DNA of 64,000 nt from Glaesserella sp. (GTDB taxonomy: Bacteria; Pseudomonadota; Gammaproteobacteria; Enterobacterales; Pasteurellaceae). The stretch is from assembly GCF_041817755.1 (NCBI RefSeq), contig NZ_JBGYBX010000044.1:12573-76572 (forward strand), written 5' to 3'. Below are positions 11,158-21,089 of this stretch, piece after piece. Every line of letters begins with the position of its first letter. The stretch's first letter is position 1. The notes under the pieces were generated by a model, which had not been told where the DNA came from, made no database searches, and was given only the letters and a program-made list of their open reading frames with translations. A program made the position numbers and the translations under genes.

Positions 11158-11521
11158 ATGCGTCACTACGAAATCGTTTTTATGGTTCACCCGGACCAAA
11201 GCGAACAAGTACCTGGTATGATTGAGCGTTATACCGCTTCCGTTACAGAAGCAGGCGGTCAAGTTCATCGCTTAGAAGATTGGGGTCGTCGTCAATTAGC
11301 CTACCCAATCAACAAACTTCACAAAGCACACTATGTGTTAATGAATGTAGAAGCTCCACAAAACGTAATCGATGAGTTAGAAACTAACTTCCGTTACAAC
11401 GATGCAGTTCTTCGCAGCTTAGTGTTACACACTAAAGCAGCGGTAACAGAAGCATCACCAATGCTTAAAGCAAAAGATGAGCGTAAAGCTCCGGAAGCTT
11501 TAGTAGAAGTTGAAGCTGAGG

Positions 11522-11535
<14 letters not shown>
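11158..11535 (+). CDS. rpsF: 30S ribosomal protein S6
   Basis: [18 protein letters not shown] and an acidic C-terminal tail. Confidence 0.97.
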
Positions 11536-12087
<552 letters not shown>

Positions 12088-12105
12088 TAAGAGAGGAAGA
12101 GTACA

Positions 12106-12555
12106 ATGCAAGTTATTTTATTAGACAAAGTTGCTCAACTTGGTACTGTTGGTGACCAAGTTACCGTTAAAGCAGGTTTTGCTCGTAACTACTTAATCCC
12201 ACAAGGTAAAGCGGTTATGGCAACGGCGGCAAACATTGCTCACTTTGAAGCACGTCGTGCAGAATTAGAAGCGAAAGCGGCAGAAGCATTATCTGCAGCA
12301 CAAGCTCGTGCAGCAGCAATCGCTAACTTAGCGGCAATCGTAATCACTTCTAAAGCAGGTGATGACGGTCGTTTATTCGGTTCTGTCGGTGCGCGTGATA
12401 TCGCTGAAGCCGTATCTGCAGCAGGCGTAGCAGTGACTAAATCTGAAGTGCGTTTACCGGAAGGGGCATTACGTACTATCGGCGAACACGAAGTGAAATT
12501 ACACTTACACGCCGAAGTCAATGCCGTGGTAGCTATTAACGTCGTTTCTGAATAA
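12106..12555 (+). CDS. rplI: 50S ribosomal protein L9
   Basis: [13 protein letters not shown]...[14 protein letters not shown]; 149 aa. Confidence 0.97.
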   Translation: MQVILLDKVAQLGTVGDQVTVKAGFARNYLIPQGKAVMATAANIAHFEARRAELEAKAAEALSAAQARAAAIANLAAIVITSKAGDDGRLFGSVGARDIAEAVSAAGVAVTKSEVRLPEGALRTIGEHEVKLHLHAEVNAVVAINVVSE

Positions 12556-12568
12556 TTGAGAAATCAAT

Positions 12569-12601
12569 AAAAAAAACCCGGCATAACCGCCGGGTTTTTT
12601 G
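12569..12601. terminator. bidirectional terminator (rplI / DUF465 gene)
   Basis: ACCCGGC (12576-82) / GCCGGGT (12589-95), flanked by A8 and T7. Confidence 0.8.
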
Positions 12602-12651
12602 TAAAAAAAGAATCAAAAATATCCGCTTGTTACGGGTATTGTCAGTCAACA

Positions 12652-12864
12652 TCAGGCTTTTTTCTTCAAAATCGCATACAACTCGTCTTTGAGATGCAAT
12701 TTTTCTTTTTTCAATACTTCAATTTCGGTATGGGTTGCAAGTTCAATCCCCGCTTCCATATTTTTGATTTTTTGATCCAGTTCGTTATGTTGCTCAAATA
12801 AACGGGCAAAATGGGCATCTTCGATTTTCAATTTTGTGATTAAGTCACGAAATTCCGGGAACAT
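12652..12864 (-). CDS. YdcH/DUF465-family small coiled-coil protein
   Basis: 70 aa starting at MFPEFRDLITKLK, with AAGGAG 6-7 nt upstream of the ATG at 12864. The longer ORF-track start (13032) has no RBS and an unlike N-terminus. Confidence 0.7.
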   Translation of the reverse strand: MFPEFRDLITKLKIEDAHFARLFEQHNELDQKIKNMEAGIELATHTEIEVLKKEKLHLKDELYAILKKKA

Positions 12865-13041
12865 AGTAGACTCCTTTTCATGGTTGATGTCGTAATAATA
12901 GTAGCATTTTTCGTTTTTAACGTTGTAATTTAATCTGTGTTTTTTGAAGCGGATCACAAAATTTCTACCTGAAAAATCCTTGTTTGCAATGACCTTATTT
13001 ACGCTATAATGCGAGGGCTGTTTACTATCCAATATGGGAAG

Positions 13042-13995
13042 ATGATGCGTTACACCAAACTGATTATATTATCGATTTTATTTTGTTCCCAAACCGTATC
13101 GGCAACATGGCAAAAAATTAGCAGTGCCGATTACATTTGGGGGCCGTTTAAAATTTATACGATTTCCCTTTTTTCGGAGACGGGGAAATACGTGCCGGAA
13201 TTACGCCCTTTGATGCTCACGTTACAATATGAGAAACCGGTTGACGGACGTGATTTTGCCATTTCGCTTGCCCGTTCATGGTCAAGTCTGGGGATTACGT
13301 TACCGGAGCAAGATAAGGTTGTCGATCGTTTAAGAAAAATATTACCGGACATCAAAAAAGACGATTCCCTCAGCTATATCGCATTACCGGACAGAGGGTA
13401 TTTTGTGCTGAATGATATTGTGATTCCGGAAGAATTTAACAAAGATTTTAACGATGCCGTGTTAGCCGTATGGCTTGATCCTCGGGTTGAAATCGGGCGT
13501 AAATTATTAGCGGTTAAGCCGGATCAAACCGCGGAAGAAAAGCATTCGCCGGCGATAACACCGCAAAATGCGGATAACAATTCGGCGACAACGGAAATTG
13601 ATATATCTCAGGCGCCGATTATTGACGGTGTGTTGGAACAACTTAAACCAAAAACGGAAAATCAATCGAAATCAGAAAATAATCAACCGGAAGCTCCACA
13701 ACAAGCGGTCAGTTCCGAGCAACATATTGCAAAAACGGCAAACAGCGTAGAGCCACCGAAAACGGAGTCTGTAGAACAGAAAGCAACGGTAGAAGAGTCT
13801 AAAGCGGAAAATAATGCGAACGCTCCTGCTCAGCCTGCTGAAGAGACACCGCCACAACCTAAACCGGTTGAAGTCAAAAAAACGGAACCACAAAAACCGG
13901 TAGAAAAATCGATGGAAAACGAGCAGTCGGAGCCGGAAATTGAAATTCGTCCTCCGGCGGATCCGCTGCCTGAAGCTACACGTCCGGTGTCGTAG
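13042..13995 (+). CDS. secreted hypothetical protein with a long Pro/Glu/Lys/Gln-rich low-complexity C-terminal half
   Basis: Signal peptide MMRYTKLIILSILFCSQTVSA, a globular N-terminal ~160 aa, then ~150 aa of P/E/K/Q-rich sequence. Confidence 0.6.
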   Translation: MMRYTKLIILSILFCSQTVSATWQKISSADYIWGPFKIYTISLFSETGKYVPELRPLMLTLQYEKPVDGRDFAISLARSWSSLGITLPEQDKVVDRLRKILPDIKKDDSLSYIALPDRGYFVLNDIVIPEEFNKDFNDAVLAVWLDPRVEIGRKLLAVKPDQTAEEKHSPAITPQNADNNSATTEIDISQAPIIDGVLEQLKPKTENQSKSENNQPEAPQQAVSSEQHIAKTANSVEPPKTESVEQKATVEESKAENNANAPAQPAEETPPQPKPVEVKKTEPQKPVEKSMENEQSEPEIEIRPPADPLPEATRPVS

Positions 13996-13999
13996 TCTG

Positions 14000-14938
14000 A
14001 TGAAATATACAATCAAAGATATTGCCCGCTTATGTGATGTGGGCAAATCCACTGTTTCCCGCGTACTGAATCATGATCCGAAGGTCAGTGACGCTACGCG
14101 CCGGAAGGTACAAACGGTCGTCGATGCTTTAGGCTTTAAACCGAACCGTAGTGCACGAGCGATGCGCGGTGCAACCGAGCCCGTCGTGGGGATTATTGTG
14201 ACCCGTTTGAATTCCCCCGCGGAATCACAAACGTTGAGTGCGATATTGCATGAGTTACATCAACAGGAGATCACTCCGCTCATTGTTGAAAGTCAATTTC
14301 AACCGGAGCAGGTAAAACGCCATTTTAAACTGTTTCAACAACGGCAAGTTGACGGTATCGTGTTGTTCGGTTTTTCCCAATTACCGGCGACATTGGTTAA
14401 AGAATGGAAGGGGGCGTTGGTAGCGGTTGCCCGTCAATATGAAAATACGGCATCGGTATTTTACGATGATGAAAATGCCGTGAAGATATTAATGGCACAA
14501 TTGTATGCGCAAGGTCATCGACAGATCGCATATTTGGGGGTCTGCGATCGGGATGAAACCACCGGGAAGCTGCGTAATCAAACCTATGTAAGATTTTGCG
14601 AGCAATACGGTTTAGAACCGAATTTGGTTAAAGCGGAATTGGGGGCGGAGAGCGGTTATCAGCACATGCCGATCCTGTTTGAAAAACCGGTTTCCGCCGT
14701 ACTGTGTGCCAGTAGCAGTCTTGCTATCGGTGCCGTGAAATATTTGCATGAAACGGGGCAAAACCGACCGCTTGCATGCGTCGGGGAAAATGAGTTATTG
14801 CAATATGTTGTGCCGGAGTTACTCTGTTTGGATTTCGGTTATCCGCAGGCGGGGAAGTGGGCGGTAGAATTGTTATTAGCGCAATTAAGCGGTGATCGGC
14901 GTATCGAACAACGTCGCGTGCCTTGCCGATTAGTATAA
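14000..14938 (+). CDS. treR: LacI-family repressor, TreR-like (trehalose repressor)
   Basis: HTH IKDIARLCDVGKSTVSRVL plus NRSARAMRG...IIVTRL...ESQF...DGIVLFGF closely tracks my recollection of E. coli TreR. No treBC genes are adjacent. Confidence 0.65.
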   Translation: MKYTIKDIARLCDVGKSTVSRVLNHDPKVSDATRRKVQTVVDALGFKPNRSARAMRGATEPVVGIIVTRLNSPAESQTLSAILHELHQQEITPLIVESQFQPEQVKRHFKLFQQRQVDGIVLFGFSQLPATLVKEWKGALVAVARQYENTASVFYDDENAVKILMAQLYAQGHRQIAYLGVCDRDETTGKLRNQTYVRFCEQYGLEPNLVKAELGAESGYQHMPILFEKPVSAVLCASSSLAIGAVKYLHETGQNRPLACVGENELLQYVVPELLCLDFGYPQAGKWAVELLLAQLSGDRRIEQRRVPCRLV

Positions 14939-14942
14939 AACG

Positions 14943-14972
14943 AAGCCTTGTCGGAACCCGACAAGGCTTTAT
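14943..14972. terminator. bidirectional terminator (treR / LysE-family gene)
   Basis: 12-bp stem AAGCCTTGTCGG / CCGACAAGGCTT with a 3-nt loop. Confidence 0.7.
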
Positions 14973-14977
14973 TGATA

Positions 14978-15598
14978 TCAGAGAAGCGTGAAGATGCCTT
15001 CATAAATTAATTTGGCTCCGAATAGCATAAACACGGCACCGGCAAAATTATCCAAATATCGATTATGTTTGGCATAAAAAGTGCGGATATGTTTGTGTGA
15101 AAACAATAACGCAATGAAAATAAAATAGACAAGTGCGCTACCGACTAAAATTAATAGTACCAACAAACTATCTTGTAAACGAGACAAGTTTGATACATAA
15201 CCTGCCAATACGCTACTGAAGAAAACCACGATTTTAGGATTAGACAGATTGATCATTAAGCCTTTTAAGATCTCTTTCCATGCGGATGTCGGCTTGGGCT
15301 GCAGGGCGCGTTCATCCAAGACGGCGCTTTTCGTGATTTGTAGCATTTTAAAACCATTGTAAGCGAGGTAGCTTCCGCCCAATATCATCAAAATATATTG
15401 GAATAACGGAATATGTTTGTTTAGAAAAGTCAATCCGAATAAGACGATCAATGACCAAAAAGCCACGCCGATGGTAATCCCGATCGTGCCGAGTACGGCA
15501 TTACGACGGGTATCGCTCATTGCTTTTCGGCTGACATAAAAGAAGTCGGGCCCGGGGCTGACTAATCCGATTAACTGCACGAAGAAAATTGTCCACAT
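14978..15598 (-). CDS. LysE/RhtB-family amino-acid exporter
   Basis: Six-TM protein with an N-terminal SPGPDF motif. Start taken at MWTIFF, which overlaps the pgpA stop as TGATG. Confidence 0.8.
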   Translation of the reverse strand: MWTIFFVQLIGLVSPGPDFFYVSRKAMSDTRRNAVLGTIGITIGVAFWSLIVLFGLTFLNKHIPLFQYILMILGGSYLAYNGFKMLQITKSAVLDERALQPKPTSAWKEILKGLMINLSNPKIVVFFSSVLAGYVSNLSRLQDSLLVLLILVGSALVYFIFIALLFSHKHIRTFYAKHNRYLDNFAGAVFMLFGAKLIYEGIFTLL

Positions 15599-16068
15599 CA
15601 GAACCACCAATAAATAACGTGAAGCGTTATAAGCGTATAAATTGCCGCTAAAATATCATCAAACATAATGCCTAGCCCACCGTGTAGGTGTTGATCAAAA
15701 TAACGGATCGGATAAGGTTTCGTGATATCAAAAAAGCGGAAAATAATAAAAGTGAGTAAATAGTTCAGCCAATTGTGTGCGGGTAAAAAGGTAAAAATCA
15801 GAAAAACGGCCACGATTTCATCCCACACGATTCTACCGTCGTCATGTACGTTTAAATCTTGGCTTACTGCTTGGCATATATAACAACCGCCGATAAAAGC
15901 AACGAACGTCAATAAGAGAAAAAATAGGGGAGAGGTCGTGATAAACGATAAGAGTATCGATATCACCAGTCCGACCAATGATCCCCACGTACCCGGTGCG
16001 GGAGTAATTAAACCCGAACCAAAGCCGAAAGCTAAGCAATGTGTCGGTTTTTTTAAGTTGATATTCAT
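15598..16068 (-). CDS. pgpA: phosphatidylglycerophosphatase A
   Basis: 156 aa with GFGSGL...PGTWGSL, in the conserved nusB-thiL-pgpA order. Confidence 0.85.
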   Translation of the reverse strand: MNINLKKPTHCLAFGFGSGLITPAPGTWGSLVGLVISILLSFITTSPLFFLLLTFVAFIGGCYICQAVSQDLNVHDDGRIVWDEIVAVFLIFTFLPAHNWLNYLLTFIIFRFFDITKPYPIRYFDQHLHGGLGIMFDDILAAIYTLITLHVIYWWF

Positions 16069-16071
16069 AGA

Positions 16072-17040
16072 TTATTTAAAATGGTCAAACCCGATATGAT
16101 TGGGAAGTGAAACCGTTTTTCCTCGTTTGATTAACGTAATTTGAGATGCGACGTTATCGGTAATCCAACCAATATGGTGGAAGGGTATACCTAACTCGGT
16201 CAGCCTTTTTTCCATTTCGGCACATTGTTGTTCGGGGACGGTAAAACAAAGTTCGTAATCTTCGCCGCCGGTTAAGGCAAACTGTTCCGCGTTTTCCAAA
16301 GAATAACAGGCTTGTAAGGCTGCAGATAGCGGCAGTTTATCCAAGTCAATTTCCGCCGAACATTGACTGCGTTCGAGAATGTGCCCTAAGTCTGCCAGTA
16401 ATCCGTCTGAAATATCAATGGCACAGCAGCTGTAATCCAGCAATTGTTGCCCGAGTTCAACTCGTGGTGTCGGATGCAAATGGCGCTTAACCAAATAGCG
16501 TCGAGTATCATCTTGTGCTGTGTGATGAAGGAGTATATCCAATCCTGCCGCACTGTCGCCTAAAAAGCCCGAAACATACAACGCATCACCGACCTTGGCT
16601 TGGTGGCGGAACAGACCTTTTGATGCGGGTAATACGCCTTGTGCCGTGAGCGTTATCGATAAGTGACCTTTCGTAGTATCTCCACCAATCAGCGCGACTT
16701 GGTATTGATCCAAGATCGAAAAAAGACTCCGGCTGAATGCCGAGAGCCAATCGTGATTAACCTCAGGAAGCGTCAGAGCAAGGGAGACCCACGTCGGTTT
16801 CGCCCCCATTGCCGCCAAATCGCTTAAGTTAACGGCAACGGCTTTATAGGCTAAATCGGCAGGAGAAATGTCAGGCAGGAAATGGGTACCGGACACTAAC
16901 GTATCCGTGGTAATAGCCAAGCGTTGATTTGATTCAATCATCGTCACCGCACAGTCATCGCCGATCGATTGCAAAATATCGTGACGATCCGACCGCTTGT
17001 TACGGCTGAAATAGCGTTTAATCAAATCAAACTCGCCCAT
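16072..17040 (-). CDS. thiL: thiamine-monophosphate kinase
   Basis: 322 aa with MGEFDLIKRYF...IGDDCA and an AIR-synthase-like fold. Synteny with nusB. Confidence 0.9.
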   Translation of the reverse strand: MGEFDLIKRYFSRNKRSDRHDILQSIGDDCAVTMIESNQRLAITTDTLVSGTHFLPDISPADLAYKAVAVNLSDLAAMGAKPTWVSLALTLPEVNHDWLSAFSRSLFSILDQYQVALIGGDTTKGHLSITLTAQGVLPASKGLFRHQAKVGDALYVSGFLGDSAAGLDILLHHTAQDDTRRYLVKRHLHPTPRVELGQQLLDYSCCAIDISDGLLADLGHILERSQCSAEIDLDKLPLSAALQACYSLENAEQFALTGGEDYELCFTVPEQQCAEMEKRLTELGIPFHHIGWITDNVASQITLIKRGKTVSLPNHIGFDHFK

Positions 17041-17048
17041 TGCCGCCT

Positions 17049-17462
17049 CTATTTACGACCGAGAGTCGGTGCTAATTTGTCAAGAACGCCGTTGATGTAT
17101 TTATGGCTGTCATCCGCTCCGAAGACTTTGGCGACTTCAATACCTTCGTTGATCGCTACTTTGTACGGAACATCCTGTTCAAACTGCAATTCATAAGCGG
17201 ATAAACGCAAAATTGTCCGTTCAATCGGATCCAGTTCGGATTCTGTGCGATCCAAATGCGGGCGTAATGATGCGTCAACGGCTTCGATGTGTTCGACGGT
17301 TCCCCGTAATAATCGGCGGAAATAAGGCATGTCAACGCCTTTCATATCCTGATCGGTAACAAAAGCAAGTTCAACCTGCTCAATACTATTTTGTGAAATA
17401 TACCAAGAATAAAGCGCCTGCACTGCACATTCTCTGGCTCGGCGGCGTGGAGAAACTTTCAT
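17049..17462 (-). CDS. nusB: transcription antitermination factor NusB
   Basis: 137 aa with [15 protein letters not shown]. Confidence 0.95.
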   Translation of the reverse strand: MKVSPRRRARECAVQALYSWYISQNSIEQVELAFVTDQDMKGVDMPYFRRLLRGTVEHIEAVDASLRPHLDRTESELDPIERTILRLSAYELQFEQDVPYKVAINEGIEVAKVFGADDSHKYINGVLDKLAPTLGRK

Positions 17463-17513
17463 AAAACCTCAATATTTATCTTAAAAAAGGTAGCGGATTT
17501 TATCATATTCCCC

Positions 17514-18812
17514 TTATTTTTGCTTGGATTTATTCGCAGACTGCCCGTTAATCGGTGTTGAGGGAACAAGGTAAGGCGTGACGAAAATAACCAATTCACG
17601 CTTGACGATTTTGTCCCGGCTTTGGCTGAATAAATGTTTTAAAAACGGAACGCTGCCTAACACCGGAACTTTATCTTCCCCTTTTGAGAGCAAATGTTGG
17701 AAAATACCGCCCAGTACGATGGTCTCCCCGTGTTTGGCAAAGACTTGCGTGTTAATTTCCTGCTTATCAATCGTAATCAACGCATTGTTACCGCTTTGGT
17801 TGTTCGGGGAGTTTTGGCTGATGATTAAATCAAGCAGAATTTGATTATGTTTTGACAGATGTGGGGTAACTTCTAAACCGAGGACGGCTTCCCGAAATTC
17901 GATGTCGGTGACTTCATCTTTTTTACTGTAAACGGCATAGGGAATTTCAGTGCCTTGTTTAATACTGGCGCTTTTTTTATTGGTTGTCAGTAAACGCGGG
18001 CTGGCAATGATTTCGACGCTGTTTTCACGTTCTAATGCCGTCAATTCTAAATCCAGTACACGGCTGTTGATGGTGGCGACTTGTAATGCCATTGACGCGG
18101 CGTTGTTTACCGGGAAGTTAACATTCAAGTTGTTGACTTGTAGCCCGTTGCCTTCTAGATTGCCGGCGAATTTATGGTATCCGTCGGTCGGTGAAAATAC
18201 CCCCCAGCGTACCCCGAGTTCTTGTAAATGTTCGCTGCTGATAGTGACGATACGGGCTTCGATGGCGATCTGTTCGGTCGGTTTATCGAGAGCGTTAATG
18301 AGATCGGCAAAGTGTTTCACGCCTTCTTTACTGTCTTTAATGATTAGGCTGTTGCTACGATCGTCAAAGTGAATATAACCGTTTTCCGACAAAATATTAC
18401 CATGTCCTTTGGTTAGGGATTCAATCACTTCGGAAGCTTTGGCGTAATGTAACGGAATGGTTTTGGTCACTAATTTCGGCGCCGTTGAAACAGGTGTCGT
18501 TGGCAGAGATACGTCGACATTCGGTGTGTCCGCCTTTGTACGGGACGGATTGATATAATAAATGTCCGATTCTTTTTTAACCGATAATTGATTGATTTTG
18601 GCAATGCTGTCGAGTATTTCGTCAAAATGGCGGTTCTCAAGGCGAAGCGTTTTGATATCTTTGACTTCATCAAATAAGACGACATTCTTTCCGTTTTCTT
18701 CGGCAAGGTAGGCAATAATTTCCGCCGTCGGTGCATTTTTTAAGGCGATAGACATCGTATCGGCAGCGGACGGTAAGGTGAATAATACAAGGCAATAAAC
18801 GAAATAACGCAC
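17514..18812 (-). CDS. comE: competence/type IV pilus secretin (ComE, PilQ/HofQ family)
   Basis: C-terminal secretin domain (VLGGIFQ...VPVLGSVPFLKHLF...RELVIFVTP). Start proposed at GTG 18812, preceded by AGGAGA that overlaps the comD stop. The ORF-track ATG (18857) would overlap comD by 37 nt. Confidence 0.85.
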   Translation of the reverse strand: MRYFVYCLVLFTLPSAADTMSIALKNAPTAEIIAYLAEENGKNVVLFDEVKDIKTLRLENRHFDEILDSIAKINQLSVKKESDIYYINPSRTKADTPNVDVSLPTTPVSTAPKLVTKTIPLHYAKASEVIESLTKGHGNILSENGYIHFDDRSNSLIIKDSKEGVKHFADLINALDKPTEQIAIEARIVTISSEHLQELGVRWGVFSPTDGYHKFAGNLEGNGLQVNNLNVNFPVNNAASMALQVATINSRVLDLELTALERENSVEIIASPRLLTTNKKSASIKQGTEIPYAVYSKKDEVTDIEFREAVLGLEVTPHLSKHNQILLDLIISQNSPNNQSGNNALITIDKQEINTQVFAKHGETIVLGGIFQHLLSKGEDKVPVLGSVPFLKHLFSQSRDKIVKRELVIFVTPYLVPSTPINGQSANKSKQK

Positions 18813-18820
18813 AATGTCTC

Positions 18821-19222
18821 CTATAAAGTTAAGATTACAAGATAAGGGGCATGACACTCATCGGTTTTTTGCCAATCAATGTAATGAAGGCTTTTTAAAT
18901 CCATCTGTCGGAATTGAATCATGGCAGGTGAAATCAGATCCTGCGGTTTAAAGCGATACAACCGCTTATTTTCATCGATAAATAATGCATGAGATTGTTG
19001 ATTCAGCCGAGTTAGTCCGATCAATGTCAGTTTTTCGAATTCAATCGGCATATTCAATATGTTGACGTCCTGCTCGGCATAACAAGCGGTCTGTTTGGCG
19101 CTATTTTTTGCAATGTCGGTTGACATCGAGGGATGTCGGTTTTGGGTCTCCTCGGCGTAAAACGGATTTGAGTAACCCGTAACGGAATAGAAACACAGTA
19201 TAAAATAAATGATTTTCGGCAT
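18821..19222 (-). CDS. comD: competence protein ComD (PilP-like position)
   Basis: 133 aa with an N-terminal signal/lipoprotein-like segment. It is the fourth gene of the comABCDE-type operon; assignment is by order and size. Confidence 0.6.
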   Translation of the reverse strand: MPKIIYFILCFYSVTGYSNPFYAEETQNRHPSMSTDIAKNSAKQTACYAEQDVNILNMPIEFEKLTLIGLTRLNQQSHALFIDENKRLYRFKPQDLISPAMIQFRQMDLKSLHYIDWQKTDECHAPYLVILTL

Positions 19223-19232
19223 AATATCTCCT

Positions 19233-19751
19233 TTAAGGTAACACGGATAAAGTTGTATTTAATTGAACCAAGCGATCATGCCCGAGTTTAATTAAGCTGA
19301 TTTCTTTGAATTTAAGGCTATCCAAGCGATTTAATTGATGAATAATATGAAATATCTTTTCGGTTTGTTGGTTTACGGTTAAATAAACAACTTTTCCGTT
19401 ATCGAAGCCCCACTGAATATGTTCAATATTCGCTTGGTCATGATCCAAGACGGATTTAATTTGTTGATGAAGAGAAGCGAGATTTCCTTCTTTTTTATTG
19501 ATATTGATTTGATGGTTTTGCAGACTTTTCAGCAATTCGTTTTCTGTTAATAAGCGTTGCTGCAACATTCGGTGTTGTTGGCGGTTTGTCTCATCGGTAT
19601 TCGATAAATAAAGATAATAGAGGGCCGGGTAAGTAAGAATGCACAGGACACTCAGGCTACAAAGAGATATAAAACGGGTATGTACTATCGTAAATAATTT
19701 ATACGGTAAATTTAGTGGTTTAATATATTGACGTAATATCATGTTTTTCAT
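19233..19751 (-). CDS. comC: competence protein ComC (PilO-like position)
   Basis: 172 aa with a single N-terminal TM then coiled coil. Assigned by operon position. Confidence 0.6.
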   Translation of the reverse strand: MKNMILRQYIKPLNLPYKLFTIVHTRFISLCSLSVLCILTYPALYYLYLSNTDETNRQQHRMLQQRLLTENELLKSLQNHQININKKEGNLASLHQQIKSVLDHDQANIEHIQWGFDNGKVVYLTVNQQTEKIFHIIHQLNRLDSLKFKEISLIKLGHDRLVQLNTTLSVLP

Positions 19752-19752
19752 G

Positions 19753-20271
19753 TTATTTTTCCAATGTAATCATCAGCCCGAACTCAATTTGATGCGTTTC
19801 GTTGGTTTTCAAATCGTCGATTTTGTACAAATATTGATGAGCCTGGAGGTATTTTTCCAACGATTCCAATTCTGTTTGATGCGTTAATTTTCCGACGAGT
19901 TTGAGTTTTAAACCGTCATTAACGGCAAGTTGCGCCATTTCTAAACTCCCTTTGAGGGATAAATGTTGTAAGAAAACGATGAAATCATCGATTTTTTTCG
20001 TATCAATGATGTTTTGAACAGACGGCACAAATTGGTGATGTTGAATTTTCAATACCTGTTCTTGAGCGGTTTGAAGCGTTTGCGTCAGTTGGTCAATTTG
20101 CGCAACGGTTTGCTTGTTTTTCTGTTCGAGGTAATCGTTATATTGACTGATTACATAGGCTGCAGAGCACGAAAGCGCAATACAGCCGATTAAGCACAAG
20201 AGCTTTCGTAAAACGGCATTTGTCCATTGTTGTGCACGGCGCTCGGAGAGATCTATACCTTGCCATTCCAT
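19753..20271 (-). CDS. comB: competence protein ComB (PilN-like position)
   Basis: 172 aa with a single TM (LLCLIGCIALSCSAAYVI) then coiled coil. Assigned by operon position. Confidence 0.6.
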   Translation of the reverse strand: MEWQGIDLSERRAQQWTNAVLRKLLCLIGCIALSCSAAYVISQYNDYLEQKNKQTVAQIDQLTQTLQTAQEQVLKIQHHQFVPSVQNIIDTKKIDDFIVFLQHLSLKGSLEMAQLAVNDGLKLKLVGKLTHQTELESLEKYLQAHQYLYKIDDLKTNETHQIEFGLMITLEK

Positions 20272-20951
20272 AAACAGGCTCCCAATGCGGAAATAAATAA
20301 AAACGGATCCGGAGTATCGTTGCTTAAAGCAAGATCGGTAAAACGGAATATATCGGCAGCGTCTTCATCTTGAGGTGTTTTTTCCGATACGGTGAGTTTG
20401 TCCGATTTAAATTGCACGACGTGTTCTCCGATGAGGTAGCGGTGTTGCCGGATGTCTTCAAACGGTTCGGTATAGAGATGATGAAAGCCGCGTAAAAAGC
20501 AGTAATATTCGCAATCTAAAATCGTCGGTGAATGTGTGAGAAGCGGTTCGGCATAGTTTTTTCGAAGGGCGTGAATAGCAACCCGTATTACCGGATTTTC
20601 AGGTTGCTTTTCAATAATGTAATCAAAGTAAATCTCTTCGATCGGAATCGGCAATTCCTGCGTGAGACATTGTATCACCTGTTGATAAAGCGTTGGTAAC
20701 GTATAATGGGCGGGAAAAAACAAATATTTTCGCCAAATATATTGGTAAGGAATCGGGCGAACAACTGTAAATTTAGGCAAAAATCTAACCGCTTGTCGAA
20801 TGAATAAATTATAGTCGTAAGGTTTTTGTTGCCATAAAGAATGAACTTTATCGTCTTTAATATAAACTAAGCAGAATTGATCGGCATTTTCGCTGATACC
20901 AATCTGATGTTTGTTTAAGCGGCTTGCGGTCATCGAATGGAAAATATTCAT
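20253..20951 (-). CDS. comA: competence protein ComA (PilM-like position)
   Basis: 232 aa cytoplasmic protein. It is the first gene of the operon and divergent from mrcA, as in other Pasteurellaceae. Confidence 0.65.
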   Translation of the reverse strand: MNIFHSMTASRLNKHQIGISENADQFCLVYIKDDKVHSLWQQKPYDYNLFIRQAVRFLPKFTVVRPIPYQYIWRKYLFFPAHYTLPTLYQQVIQCLTQELPIPIEEIYFDYIIEKQPENPVIRVAIHALRKNYAEPLLTHSPTILDCEYYCFLRGFHHLYTEPFEDIRQHRYLIGEHVVQFKSDKLTVSEKTPQDEDAADIFRFTDLALSNDTPDPFLFISALGACLWNGKV

Positions 20952-21089
20952 GCTTTTCTCTATTTTATTTCGTGAAAGATTAATGCGTGTATTTGTTCGT
21001 TTTTGGCTTATAATTCATTTTATATTTCGTGTTTGGGCTATATTGGCGCCAAATGTACATTTCGTCATTCAATAAAAGAGAATTTTTCG

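Noticed and set aside
13672..14052. 126-aa minus-strand ORF rich in R/F/L
   Set aside because: It is antisense to the Pro/Glu/Lys-rich tail of the secreted protein, so its composition is simply the complement of that low-complexity region. It has no RBS and overlaps the treR start.
20952..21089. Search for a CRP-S / competence regulatory element (TGCGA-N6-TCGCA) in the comA-mrcA spacer
   Set aside because: The best candidates (CGTGA-AAGATT-AATGC at 20971-20986; TGTAC-ATTTCG-TCATT near 21053) have two or more mismatches per half-site. Not supportable without a matrix scan.
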